DNA of 64,000 nucleotides from Laetmonice hystrix (taxonomy: Eukaryota): assembly GCA_965235115.1 (NCBI GenBank), contig OZ249436.1, positions 59,148,001 to 59,212,000 on the forward strand. Direction: 5' to 3'. The translations under genes were made by a program, and so were the position numbers. This document shows positions 27,170 through 38,390 of this stretch, in pieces. The notes beneath the pieces were generated by a model. That model was not told the origin of the DNA. It was given only the letters and a program-made list of their open reading frames with translations, and did not search any database. The first letter of the stretch is position 1. Each line of letters opens with the position of its first letter.

Positions 27170-28143
27170 TCTATTTCCTTGTGACATATATGTACTGGAG
27201 GAGTAAAAATATCACGGGAGTATCTATTTAATGCAACAGCGGCTCTGGCTTCCCCCCTTTTGTTCTAACACAGATTCCCGACCAGGGCTGCTGACACAGT
27301 ATGTGAGGTGGTAGACGACAGCTAATATTCAGGAAAGACTACAATTTTAAGTATAACGATTCCACCATGACGTAGACTTTCCAACCAGCAAGAAGCCACC
27401 TGATACTGACGCAGTGAGGATAACATGGATGTCAGTAGGAAAGCTAAGTAGGCCATTTGCTGTGTGGGCCTGAATAAAGGTCTCCCAGGTTGATTGTTCC
27501 ATCTTACCCCAAACACTTTTCAACGTAGATTGGTCTACAACAAATGGACTGCGAGAAGAAATGCGAGAAGCCATTCTCTGGTGACAGCACCTGTGACGGA
27601 ATATTGACGCTTTAGATTGGTTCAGTTCCGTAAACGGGCAGGTGGTTTAGGTGGTTTGCAGGTGTCATGGGCGGATGGGACATGTCAAATTACACTTCAA
27701 TCCGCCCCCGCCCACTCCCAACCGAAAAAAAGTCTACAGCTTTGGAAACATTTCACATGTGTGAGGATGTACAACGATTAATTGCCAATAAATAAGAGTT
27801 AACTGTACGCATATAAATTCGCGTGCAACATACAGGGACCCTTACAACATATTTTCCCTGACTGACGAGGTTGTGCTATCTTCAATGCTCTGGAGATTTC
27901 GATTCATTAAAAATTAAGTGAAATCTATCCGCCAAGAAGAAAACGTTCCAAAGAGATTTTATTCTGGATCAGTTACTGTACCGGTGAACTTTCTTCGATG
28001 GACATCGGTTGGCTTCATCATACAGATAAGTCATCATTCAGAGAGCAGCCTTGGAATGATATGTAGATGCCTGTATCAAATGGGATACGATACAGGTGTT
28101 GCTTTACAGCCGGCACGTTGCGCCAACGTGTCTAAGAGTGCCG

Positions 28144-29452
28144 CCATTGGTGAGGACAGCAAGGTTTGACAGTGTAACCATTGGTGAGGACAGCAAGGTT
28201 AGGCAGTGTAACCATTGGTCAGGACAGCAAGGTTAGGCAGTCAGAGTGTTACAACTGGTGTGGACAGCAAGGTTAGGCAGTGTTACCATTGGTGAGCACA
28301 GCAAGGTTAGGCAGTGTAACCATTGGTGAGGACAGCAAGGTTAGGCAGTATAACCATTAGTGAGGACAGCAAGGTTAGGCAGTGTTTGGTGAGGACAGCA
28401 AGGTTAGGCAGTGTAACCATTAGTGAGCACAGTAAGATTAGGCAGTGGTTCCATTGGTGAGGACAGCAAGGTTGGGCAGTGTAACCATTGGTGAGCACAG
28501 CAAGGTTAGGCAGTGGTTCCATTGGTGAGGACAGCAAGGTTAGGCAGTGTTAGCATTGGTGAGGACAGCAAGGTTAGTCAGTGTAACCATTGGTGAGCAC
28601 AGCAAGGTTAGGCAGTGTAACCATTGGTGAGAACAGCAACGTTAGGCAGTGTTACTATTGGTGAGGACAGCAAGGTTAGGCAGTCACAGTGTTACTATTG
28701 GTGTGGACAGCAAGGTTAGGCAGTGTTACTATTGGTGAGGACAGCAACGTTAGGCAGCGTTACTATTGGTGAGGACAGCAACGTTAGACAGTCACAGTGT
28801 TACTATTGGTGAGGACAGCAAGGTTAGGCAGTGTTACCATTGGTGTGGACAGCAAGGTTAGGCAGTGTAACCATTAGTGAGGACAGCAAGGTTAGGCAGT
28901 GTTTGGTGAGGACAGCAAGGTTAGGCAGTGTAACCATTAGTGAGCACAGCAAGATTAGGCAGTGGTTCCATTGGTGAGGACAGCAAGGTTGGGCAGTGTA
29001 ACCATTGGTGAGCACAGCAAGGTTAGGCAGTGGTTCCATTGGTGAGGACAGCAAGGTTAGGCAGTGTTAGCATTGGTGAGGACAGCAAGGTTAGGCAGTG
29101 TAACCATTGGTGAGAACAGCAACGTTAGGCAGTGTTACTATTGGTGAGGACAGCAAGGTTAGACAGTCAGTGTTACTATTGGTGAGGACAGCAAGGTTAG
29201 GCAGTGTTACCATTGGTGTGGACAGCAAGGTTAGGCAGTGTTACTATTGGTGAGGACAGCAAGGTTAGGCAGTGTAACCATTGGTGAAGACAGCAAGGTT
29301 AGGCAGTGTTACTACGGGTGAGGACAGCAAGGTTAGGCAGTGTTACCATTGGTGAGGACAGCAAGGTTAGGCAGTCACAGTGTTACTATTGGTGAGGACA
29401 GCAAGGTTAGGCAGTGTTACTATTGGTGAGGACAGCAAGGTTAGGCAGTGTT
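28144..29452. repeat. Minisatellite, about 37 copies of a 34-35 bp unit, with a 517-bp higher-order duplication
   Basis: Unit CCATTGGTGAGGACAGCAAGGTTAGGCAGTGTAA/GTTA. A distinctive series of variant units recurs at a 517-bp offset (e.g. 28381 vs 28898). Confidence 0.97.
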
Positions 29453-29459
29453 TGTTTGT

Positions 29460-29697
29460 CTACACGTATTCCTAACCCCACTTCGCGGTCCCCTCACCTC
29501 TCCCTATGCCTAACCCTGCCCTTAACCCTACCCACAACCCCAGTTTCGTCGGAATGTGTCCATGGGATTACTAAACCGTGCGCACGGTTTAGTAATCGAA
29601 TCCGTTTGCACGATTTAGTAATTCGTGGCCACGGTTTAGTAATTTGTGCGCACGCATTAACAGATATTTTCAGCAATGTCACCTCCGGGGCTCCATA
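29460..29697. mobile_element. Terminal fragment of a TAYGGAGCCCC-ended non-autonomous DNA transposon (IS3EU-like, unconfirmed)
   Basis: Ends in GGGGCTCCATA (29687-29697; reverse complement TATGGAGCCCC, cf. TACGGAGCCCC at 63100). Contains a perfect 32-bp palindrome GATTACTAAACCGTGC|GCACGGTTTAGTAATC (29566-29597), further CACG(G/A)TTTAGTAAT repeats and CCTAACCC motifs. No partner end found. Confidence 0.5.
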
Positions 29698-31938
29698 ATA
29701 TCCTATATCCGTCAAAGTACAATAATTATTCATCAGATTCTTCGTTCTGTCATGTTCTCTGAAGCTCAGTTTGTCTTTAAATATGTAAGACCACTATTTT
29801 GGCGCGAACGGCGAGCATCGCATTTCAGCATGTGCTCGGGGGCCAGACGATGTTGTCTTCTCAAAGACACGACCCGGAGTTTTCTTCTCTTTATAAGTGC
29901 TGCTGTTATACGCAAAGCTCTCCAGCTCAGTTCGTTACCTCCTGACACCCCGGAGGAGTTCATTAGTCCTACTCGAGACAATCGGGCGAAAACAGTTACA
30001 CAGAGATCATCTGGGTAAAGCATTGCCTCACAAGCCATTAACAACATGTCTCACTTAATCTGACATCTGACATTCATATTGATTCAATACATTCCTACTG
30101 AATGAACACACTCTAGGTTCGCATGAATAACCCATATATCAAACACAATAATGTGCACAGAGTTTATTTCGTACGCCCGGGTTTATAAACAGAAGCACAG
30201 CCGTATATTTGACAAAACAACACGAGACCGGTGGCTCAAATTCCTTAGGACAGGGTGCACGTCATTCATAATAAGTATGAATAGATCTGACAGGTCTAAC
30301 TCTCACCTTCTCAAGTGACAGGACACTTCGCTAATGCTGACAAACAGACTGTAAGTAAAAACCCCTCCTCGTGTGTAGCGCATTGCGGAACATTAAGACA
30401 CAATAGCCACTAATATTACCGACACAGGAAGCCATCAGTGATAGACCTGACTCACAGACAGCCAGCGTGTACGTTTTGTTGTCGGCACGGCCAGACACTC
30501 CCACCGAACAGAACATACTTAAACACGTAAGCCTCTCCCACTACCTCTAACTATCAGTTCTTCTCTTCTCATCCAGTGTCACCTTTTCTAAAACAGGGAC
30601 ACACAGACACCTTGGAGAATAGTCAATACATACAGAATGCTGCAAATCACTTTACTCCTAATATATACAGTAGTTTATAATCGTTGCTTGTATAATTATT
30701 ATTCCAAACAAACTACCCCCCCCGTACCAAAAGTGAGGGAAGTAAAATTGTTGTGACTTAGTTTGGCCTTTCGACCTTATTTTCTGAGTTATAAAAATTG
30801 TAGATGGGTTTTCTATGGGAAAACCAGTCGACTAATTGAGTGAAATATACTATGGAATCTGTTGCTGTTCATGAAATACGGCAACACTTTCTTCATTAAC
30901 GTTGTGTAGGGCAGGTCCAGAATATGTCACATGTACTGAACTAGATTCATATTCTTAATTGAATTAACAAAATTACTGATTCTGGACAGACGTGATCTTT
31001 GTACGCATTGCTCCTTGTTTGTAGCAATCACTCTGTGAATGCTGGCAGCGTGCATTAATTCGACTGATGCCTCCAAGTGGTCATAATCACTGGATTAATT
31101 TAGTATTCATTGTTTTGCCGTTGATGCAATTGGGGTCAGGTTTGGTGTTAATTGATTAGTAATTGTGTACTAAATGGAATGCTTTCTCACGCAGCAGACA
31201 TCAAGTTGCTATGTCAATCGGTGGGGCTGACAGGAGGTATTGAATTCTCCGCATGTCCTGGCAATGTGCCCATTCCTGTCTGTCTCGTGCGTAGATCTCT
31301 GACTGAGGGGATCTCTGGCTTTCATCGTTCTGATGAGACTATACAATACCAGCCAAAACCCACTTCCCAAAATAAAGCTAGTTGATGGTGCCAAAAATAA
31401 TACTATTAAAAGGCCTTAAGTTCCGAAAATCAAGTTGCTCCAAAGGCTCGTGCGTTTTATAATAACCCTTAAAATACGATGTAGACTGTTACAACTGTTT
31501 GCCCTGACAAATCAAATAGGCTACGTAATAGTGGTTGGCTCCGTAATCTGTCGATTCAAACTCAATTCAAATGTTTTTGGTTTATGTTGGCTGATGAATA
31601 TACAATCCCTCCAAAGCCTTACCAGCAAAAACACATCCAAATATAAATATTGTAATAGTTTTTATAAAATAATCCAGAGAGTCCATCCATTCCGATTTCG
31701 GCGGGATTTTAATATCCAGATTTTGCTTGAAAATCCTGAGTTCAAAAAACCTCGGTCGGGATATGAAAAATCCCGATTTTGGAGATCTTCCCCCACGAGC
31801 AACGATTTCAGAAAGATATTCAGTAATCTTTAACTGATACCATCTATGTTACCACCAAACATTCACTTGATCGGAAACGACTTAGAAGCAAAATCCTTGC
31901 ATCATCCAAGACTAACTCATTCTCAGGTATATGGGAAA

Positions 31939-32336
31939 TCAGAGTCAATGGACTTCAGCGAACCATTTAATGAGGAAGAAAACCTGTATAATTCAGTATT
32001 CCAGAATTAATATTTCAATATAGCCGCCAAAATCAAAGGATCTAATGTCTGCCAAGATTTGTCAATATGTATTTTTATTATTTCTATGGCCATTGTAGCT
32101 ATGATCTGTAGTTTGAAATACGATTATCCAGTTGGTAATAATGGGAGGCAAAAGGTTAGGGTAAAAGTCAAAAGAATTCCAAGATATGATACTTAAGAGT
32201 CCTTAACTATTATAGAATCGGATAGAATCGGATATTTTACATTGAATTAAAAGAAAAACCAATATTAATTCTGGAATACTGAATTACACAGGTTTTCTTC
32301 CTCATTAAATGGTTCGCTGAAGTCCATTGACTCTGA
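31939..32336. mobile_element. Foldback element / MITE with 76-bp TIRs
   Basis: 31939-32014 is the reverse complement of 32261-32336 (75/76). Weaker symmetry extends about 18 bp further out. AT-rich 246-bp spacer; no TSD recognised. Confidence 0.85.
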
Positions 32337-34962
32337 GTTCCATGTCTGGAGACAGTTTTGAAAGTTCTCCATCTAACGGCCTCTGAATTTACCACTCGTT
32401 CCTGGCCTGTTTCTATACCAATGCTGCCTACGAATATTTACGGAATATTTTCTATTTCTTAGAAAATGAGAACCGACGAAAACAAAAATATGATAAACAA
32501 AGTCGGGATCCATGATCTTTAAAATCAAAGTATTTGGTACTTGTTATAATAATCGAGGGGAATTGATATCCTACTGTTATGACGTTGCTGCTATTCCACA
32601 GAATATATTTCTATTTACCTCTAATATAATACCTGTATACCCAGACAATAACTAAGTCTACTAAGTATAGGCCTAAGTAACTAATTTCAGTTATTATTAA
32701 AGCAATGCACGTTGATTATGTTTGATATATTAAAGATATATCTTTCCATAAATCGTATAGGACTCACTGTAATCAATTACAGATTCGCTACCCTCATGGC
32801 TGAAATTACACCTGAAAAAAATCCAATTATTCATGTTCATGTTCATGATAAAATACGATTACCCGGTTGGTAATACGGTATGTCATTGGAACAGTAGGAT
32901 AGGTCAACCTCCTTAGGTGTCGCTCGCCGTCAGCCAAGCAGCCACCCATCATATGGTCCATACAACGCCATCCCATCGCGATCCCCACTCCGTCATCCCG
33001 GCCTCAGACGGCCCACCTACTACTGGCCACCTATCTTCAGGTAAAAGGTCCTTATACTAAGTTATAGTTGAGGGCGAACACAAAGTTGTCACATTGAGTC
33101 AGGCCGGTGATGATGATAATGATAGCGATGACGATGTTCAACAACAAAGGAGAAAATCCAGACACAAGTTCTCTCTGAGGACGACAACAGAGGTGGGGAC
33201 ATGACCTTCTGTTCCCCGGATGGAGAGACATATGGATACAGCCCACCCTGTTAGGTGGACATAAAAGGTTTAACTAGTTACATACTCTTTTTTTTTTTTT
33301 TTTAACTATGAAGGTCAACTACGGTCCACTACGGTCATCCCCCACTAGGGTCAACTACGTGCGTGACCGTAAGATGTGACCGGGGCAGGGAAGGTAAAAC
33401 ACAATAAGGGGGAAATACTTCTACCTCTACCTCTGGCCAACATAATAATATCACAAATAACATATTCACCATATAAACCTAAATCAGGTTTCATCGTTTT
33501 CCTGCGATTAATTATTTTTTTATATTTCCCATCTACCTGAGAATGAGCATTTTATTATTTAACGACGTCACTTTGATGGACCCTTTGTCCTACCAGCACC
33601 TACAGGTTGTCAAACATGAGCAATGAATACCACTTTGGTCGGCCCGTCAACCAATCAGAGAAAAACAGGATGAACGCCTTACCTGTACGTCATTGCGGCT
33701 AGCAGTTGATGGGTTAGCATCATGATATATTCAATGAATATCTTCTACGCACATGGATCTATTGTTCATGTACACATTATTGAATTACCTCTAGTGGTCA
33801 ACCCTTTCCCTGCTGAGATATACTGCGGCCGTCTGTCGTCGCATGAGGCCGGTAGTTCAAGGCTAAAAAAAACACCTGCTACTATAAATGTTTAAAAGAA
33901 AATCCCGCATGATGAAGCTTCAGCGATGAACGATCCCCAAACATGACAAGATACAACCTGCTTACTTTGGTCTCTCAGGTAGCCATAAAACTTTAATGTC
34001 ATCTAGGCTAGCGTTGCGCACTATTGATTAAAAATTGCGTATAGATGTCAAGCTTTCCATCAACGTTTTCATAAATGAGGATTCCATTTCAGTAGAAACG
34101 AAATCTGACACTGCAATTATTATTAATGACTTCATTTCTACTGCTCCTAGACTCTATTCTCTCTAACACATGATAATTTGTGGCTTCACCATGGCTTTGG
34201 TCAATGCCTCAAGATATGAACCAAATCGGCTAGTTTTAATAATGTTAATTACAAGTGTCATAAAGTGATTACTGCTTGAGGTTTTGTAATTAAAAAGATT
34301 TCGTTTTCTTTCACTAAGCCACTTTAGATGGGATATTCGTCAACCCTACGGGCTAGGTTAATTCACGAAGATTTAAGAGACTTCTGAGAATCGATTCCCC
34401 TTCACAAATTTCCATCCGGCAGTGAAACATGGATAATATCAAAATGGTGTTCCCCGCTTCTGTACGATTAGCATTGTTTTGTGTCTCCATATTCTGCAAG
34501 TTGACTTCGGTTGGTCGGGCTAAATTTGGCTAGTCAGAAGTCTTGCTTTCTGATTCATGTTGAAAGCCTTATCCGCTACACATTTGGAAAACTATATTAA
34601 ATATGTTTGTGTTCATATTATGGAACTCAGTGAGAAGAGTAGTTGCCGAGCTGAGATGAGCTTAGATATAATGAGCTGAGTAGAGCAGAGCTGGAATGAC
34701 CTGAGTACGAATACAAAGGCGTGCGCATTCCAAGGACAGCACATTGCGAAGGGTTGAACCTCCTGCCAGTTTTGGTCCCCGTCCAGATGTGTTTATTGGC
34801 AAACATCTCCTCATCTTACACTTCACCAGGAGTTTCTGTTTTATAAAAAAACGGTAGTATGTAGTAAGTACCAGGCAAACGTTAGCCGGCGCCTCAAACG
34901 TACCTTAGATTCTGGCTTTGCTTTTAAATGATGTTTTCCACCTTCCTATACACCAGTACGTT

Positions 34963-35487
34963 TCACAACCTGTCATAAGTTTGTCGTATCGTAAACACCA
35001 ATGTGTTTTCAATGGGGAGTGTTGTTGTGTATAGTTTGAAATTTGCTGCTTGGACGACATATAACACTGTATCACTGTAGCACTTTAGATCAAAATTACT
35101 ATCACTTTGTTCCATTACTTTAGCGGCTCTGTGTCCTATTTCATGAAATGATTCAGATTTTTCAGCCAGAAATGAGACAACTGTATCGCAATCATGCAGT
35201 GTTGATGTCTGAACAAGACCGTACAGTTGTTCGGACTGATTTCTGCTGACACGCATCCTACTCCAGTACAAAATGTCTGTGTAAATTAAGTAAATTGATT
35301 TCAGGACATTTTCACTCGTCTCGTAAATGTTGTCAACGAGTAAGCCCACTTTATCAGTATTGCATACTTCACTGATGTGAAACATAGTGAAATCATAGAT
35401 GTCACCCTGCGTGTGGCTGTCACTCACATTGACACTCACTCTGAGCACGAAAACGATCCTTTTACAACATGCCATGGCACCGGGCAC
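34963..35487 (-). CDS. Unidentified 174-aa ORF (possible coding exon or pseudogene remnant)
   Basis: Longest non-repetitive open frame in the window, in AT-rich DNA with globular-looking composition. GTG start; an in-frame stop lies only 5 codons upstream. No recognisable domain. Confidence 0.25.
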   Translation of the reverse strand: MPGAMACCKRIVFVLRVSVNVSDSHTQGDIYDFTMFHISEVCNTDKVGLLVDNIYETSENVLKSIYLIYTDILYWSRMRVSRNQSEQLYGLVQTSTLHDCDTVVSFLAEKSESFHEIGHRAAKVMEQSDSNFDLKCYSDTVLYVVQAANFKLYTTTLPIENTLVFTIRQTYDRL

Positions 35488-36457
35488 ATTGATGCTGGAG
35501 GCCTACATCGGTGTCGGCAATGAAAACAGTGAAATTTCCAAAAGTAGGTCACTGCCTCTCTTGGGGGGGGGGGGGGGGGGAGGGGTCTCGTATCGGCCCG
35601 AACCGATGGCTTCTGGGAGGGTTAGTGCTGTATGCTGGTGGTAAGTAGAGTAGGATAGTAATAACTTCAACTGACCATCAAAGGTTATCTAAATTTGAGG
35701 TGACCCTCTCATTAATGAGATACTGAATGATTCACTCCGGGCAATTGTAACCGTCCAAATTGAGTTAAAACGCCTCATCACAGTTGAAGTAGTCTTACAA
35801 TTCTGACTGGAAAATGATATGAAGACATACAAAGTGGCTTTCCCGCTGCATTTTGACCGTATCACCAAATGGGTGATTCTATTCACAGCACATTTTTGGC
35901 TGACAGTACCATGGTCCTATCCCATCGACCGATGCGGCCCTTCTGTACCTCATCTACATAACGGTGTCAGTAATGTCAACAACCCAGCCAAGTCAAACAA
36001 CCACTAACAGGCCTTTTACGGGTATCTCTGCCATGGTAAAGTCGCCATGAAACCGGAGGGTAGCAGTTAGGGTTAGGGGATGGCATAGCAATAGGAATTT
36101 CTTCCTTTCACCAGCACCGGCCCCGACGCCACAGGCAGGAAGAAGATGACTCCAATATTGAAGCCCCGGCAGCTATTTCCAAAGACTTAGTGTCACTGTA
36201 ATGTCTGCATATTTCACTTAGAAACCTGCTCACGTACGTATCACACATTCTGCTGTTATATGATCAAATGAAACTAAGGACATAGAAAACTCCGTTTCAT
36301 CAATCATTTAACCATAATTATAACTATTATAATGGGTGGTGGCGAGATGGATGGCAAACTGTGGCTGCCATCTTCAAACCTAACCCGGGATTTCAGGCGA
36401 TTGAGTCATTTCCTTATGAAGTCGTCGTGTCGGGGTGAGGTCACTGTTATGGGATCA

Positions 36458-36603
36458 GGGGCCCGTTTCACTAAGCTCATACAAGCTCATATCACCCATA
36501 TTTCCTCGTATATGACGTAATCCTCGTATAGCTACGGGCTTTTGCTCATTGCTATTTACGAGGGATTTGAGCTCGTACGATACGCTCTTAGTAAACGCCC
36601 CCC
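36458..36603. mobile_element. Degenerate short MITE (PIF/Harbinger-like ends)
   Basis: The left end GGGGCCCGTTTCACTAAG roughly mirrors the right end CTTAGTAAACGCCCCC, with internal CTCGTA/TACGAG repeats. No matching TSD. Confidence 0.4.
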
Positions 36604-37642
36604 GCCCCCCCCGATCAAGTACAGCAAGACCTTCAAACCACCGGGGCAGCTCGTTTCTATACACTTGAATAGGTCAATCAGGGCATCATATTTCACATAT
36701 TTACCTCGTTGCTCTATCAACGGTTTCACTGTGGGGGGAAAAACCTGTGTAGAAATCCACTAGTACCATGTTACGATCCAGACATGCTATGCAATGAACA
36801 CTTGCCAGCAATACCGTAAAGCTGGAGTCACGTATTGAGCTGACCAGTCTGACATGAATCAGAATTCAACTTGCATGACGCATGCTAGGCTGTGCCGGAA
36901 TTTGGCACGATACTGCACAGACTTGAGCAATATAAATGTCTGGGATGATGGAATGAACTGAGTATGACGTTATGACGTGTAACGTTATAATGTTATCGGT
37001 GAGTCATCCGTACATGATATATACAGTTCTTCTATTGATAAGACAATGCAGGGCATGATAAACTAAAAGACATGTCTTTTGTTTGAACCACATTCTTGGT
37101 CTTGCTGTCTGTACCCAGGCAACATGAAGAGGCTATCTGCAGGTATACAACATTCTATGACATCATGTGGACCCTAATGATGCAGAGGTTGCTATATCTT
37201 AGAGGTTGCCATAATATTGAACTCAAGTAGCAGTTATTAATTTGGCGTTGTTACCCACCAGTCTGTTGAACAAGAACGTGTATTAGCCAGGTTGCTCTGT
37301 GGAGTACATGCACCAGGTGATGATGCCACTGACGAGGCCTCGGCGGACCAACACTGCCTGCTGCCATTACCCTTCAGTCGCCCCAAGGGGAGACACTCCA
37401 CACAGCTACATCTTCATTACCCTCATTATCACTCATTACATGGTGCTGCAAACAGATCAGACTGGCATGATGCCACGGGGGGGGGGGGCAGCCACTCTGA
37501 CTGCAATCAGTGGACCATCAAAACACATTGACGGCCAACCGTGCCCTCCTCGTCACTCTATGCTAAAGAAAGAACAAAGAAGGGCATTGAGTGACCTTCG
37601 CATGGAATTGTTCTGTTAGCATTTGTAAGAATAATCGACTCG

Positions 37643-38390
37643 AACGTCACTCTCCATAGCATACTTACAGCGAGGTTAGAAGTAGTATATAAAAAGTTGA
37701 CACTAACGTCACTCTCCATCCTCTACTTATAGCGAGGTTAGAAGTACAGTATATAAAAAGTTGACACTAACGTCACTCTCCATAGCCTACTTACAGCGAG
37801 GTTAGAAGTAGTATATAAAAAGTTGACACTAACGTCACTCTCCATACCTATAAAAAGTTGACACTAACGTCACTCTCCATACCTATAAAAAGTTGACACT
37901 AACGTCACTTTCCATCCTCTACTTATAGCGAGGTTAGAAGTACAGTATATAAAAAGTTGACACTAACGTCACTTTCCATCCTCTACTTACAGCGAGGTTA
38001 GAAGTACAGTATATAAAAAGTTGACACTAACGTCACTCTCCATAGCCTACTTATAGCGAGGTTAGAAGAGTATATAAAAAGTTGACACTAACGTCACTCT
38101 CCATCCTCTACTTATAGCGAGGTTAGAAGTACAGTATATAAAAAGTTGACACTAACGTCACTCTCCATAGCCTACTTACAGCGAGGTTAGAAGAGTATAT
38201 AAAAAGTTGACACTAACGTCACTCTCCATACATATAAAAATTTGACACTAACGTCACTTTCCATCCTCTACTTATAGCGAGGTTAGAAGTAATATATAAA
38301 AAGTTGACACTAACTTCACTCTCCATACATATAAAAAGTTGACACTAACGTCACTCTCCATCCTCTACTTACAGCGAGTTTAGAAGTATA
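37643..38390. repeat. Minisatellite, 14 cores, long (60-64 bp) and short (35 bp) units
   Basis: The core TATAAAAAGTTGACACTAACGTCACTYTCCAT is followed by either a long tail (e.g. CCTCTACTTAYAGCGAGGTTAGAAGTACAGTA) or a 3-bp tail (ACC/ACA). Confidence 0.96.

Noticed and set aside
28307-29054. Two near-identical 76-aa ORFs
   Set aside because: Translations of the minisatellite and its 517-bp block duplication.
29766-30047. RT-like LYPDDL in a 93-aa minus-strand ORF
   Set aside because: Proline in the motif is atypical and no flanking RT domains are recognisable.
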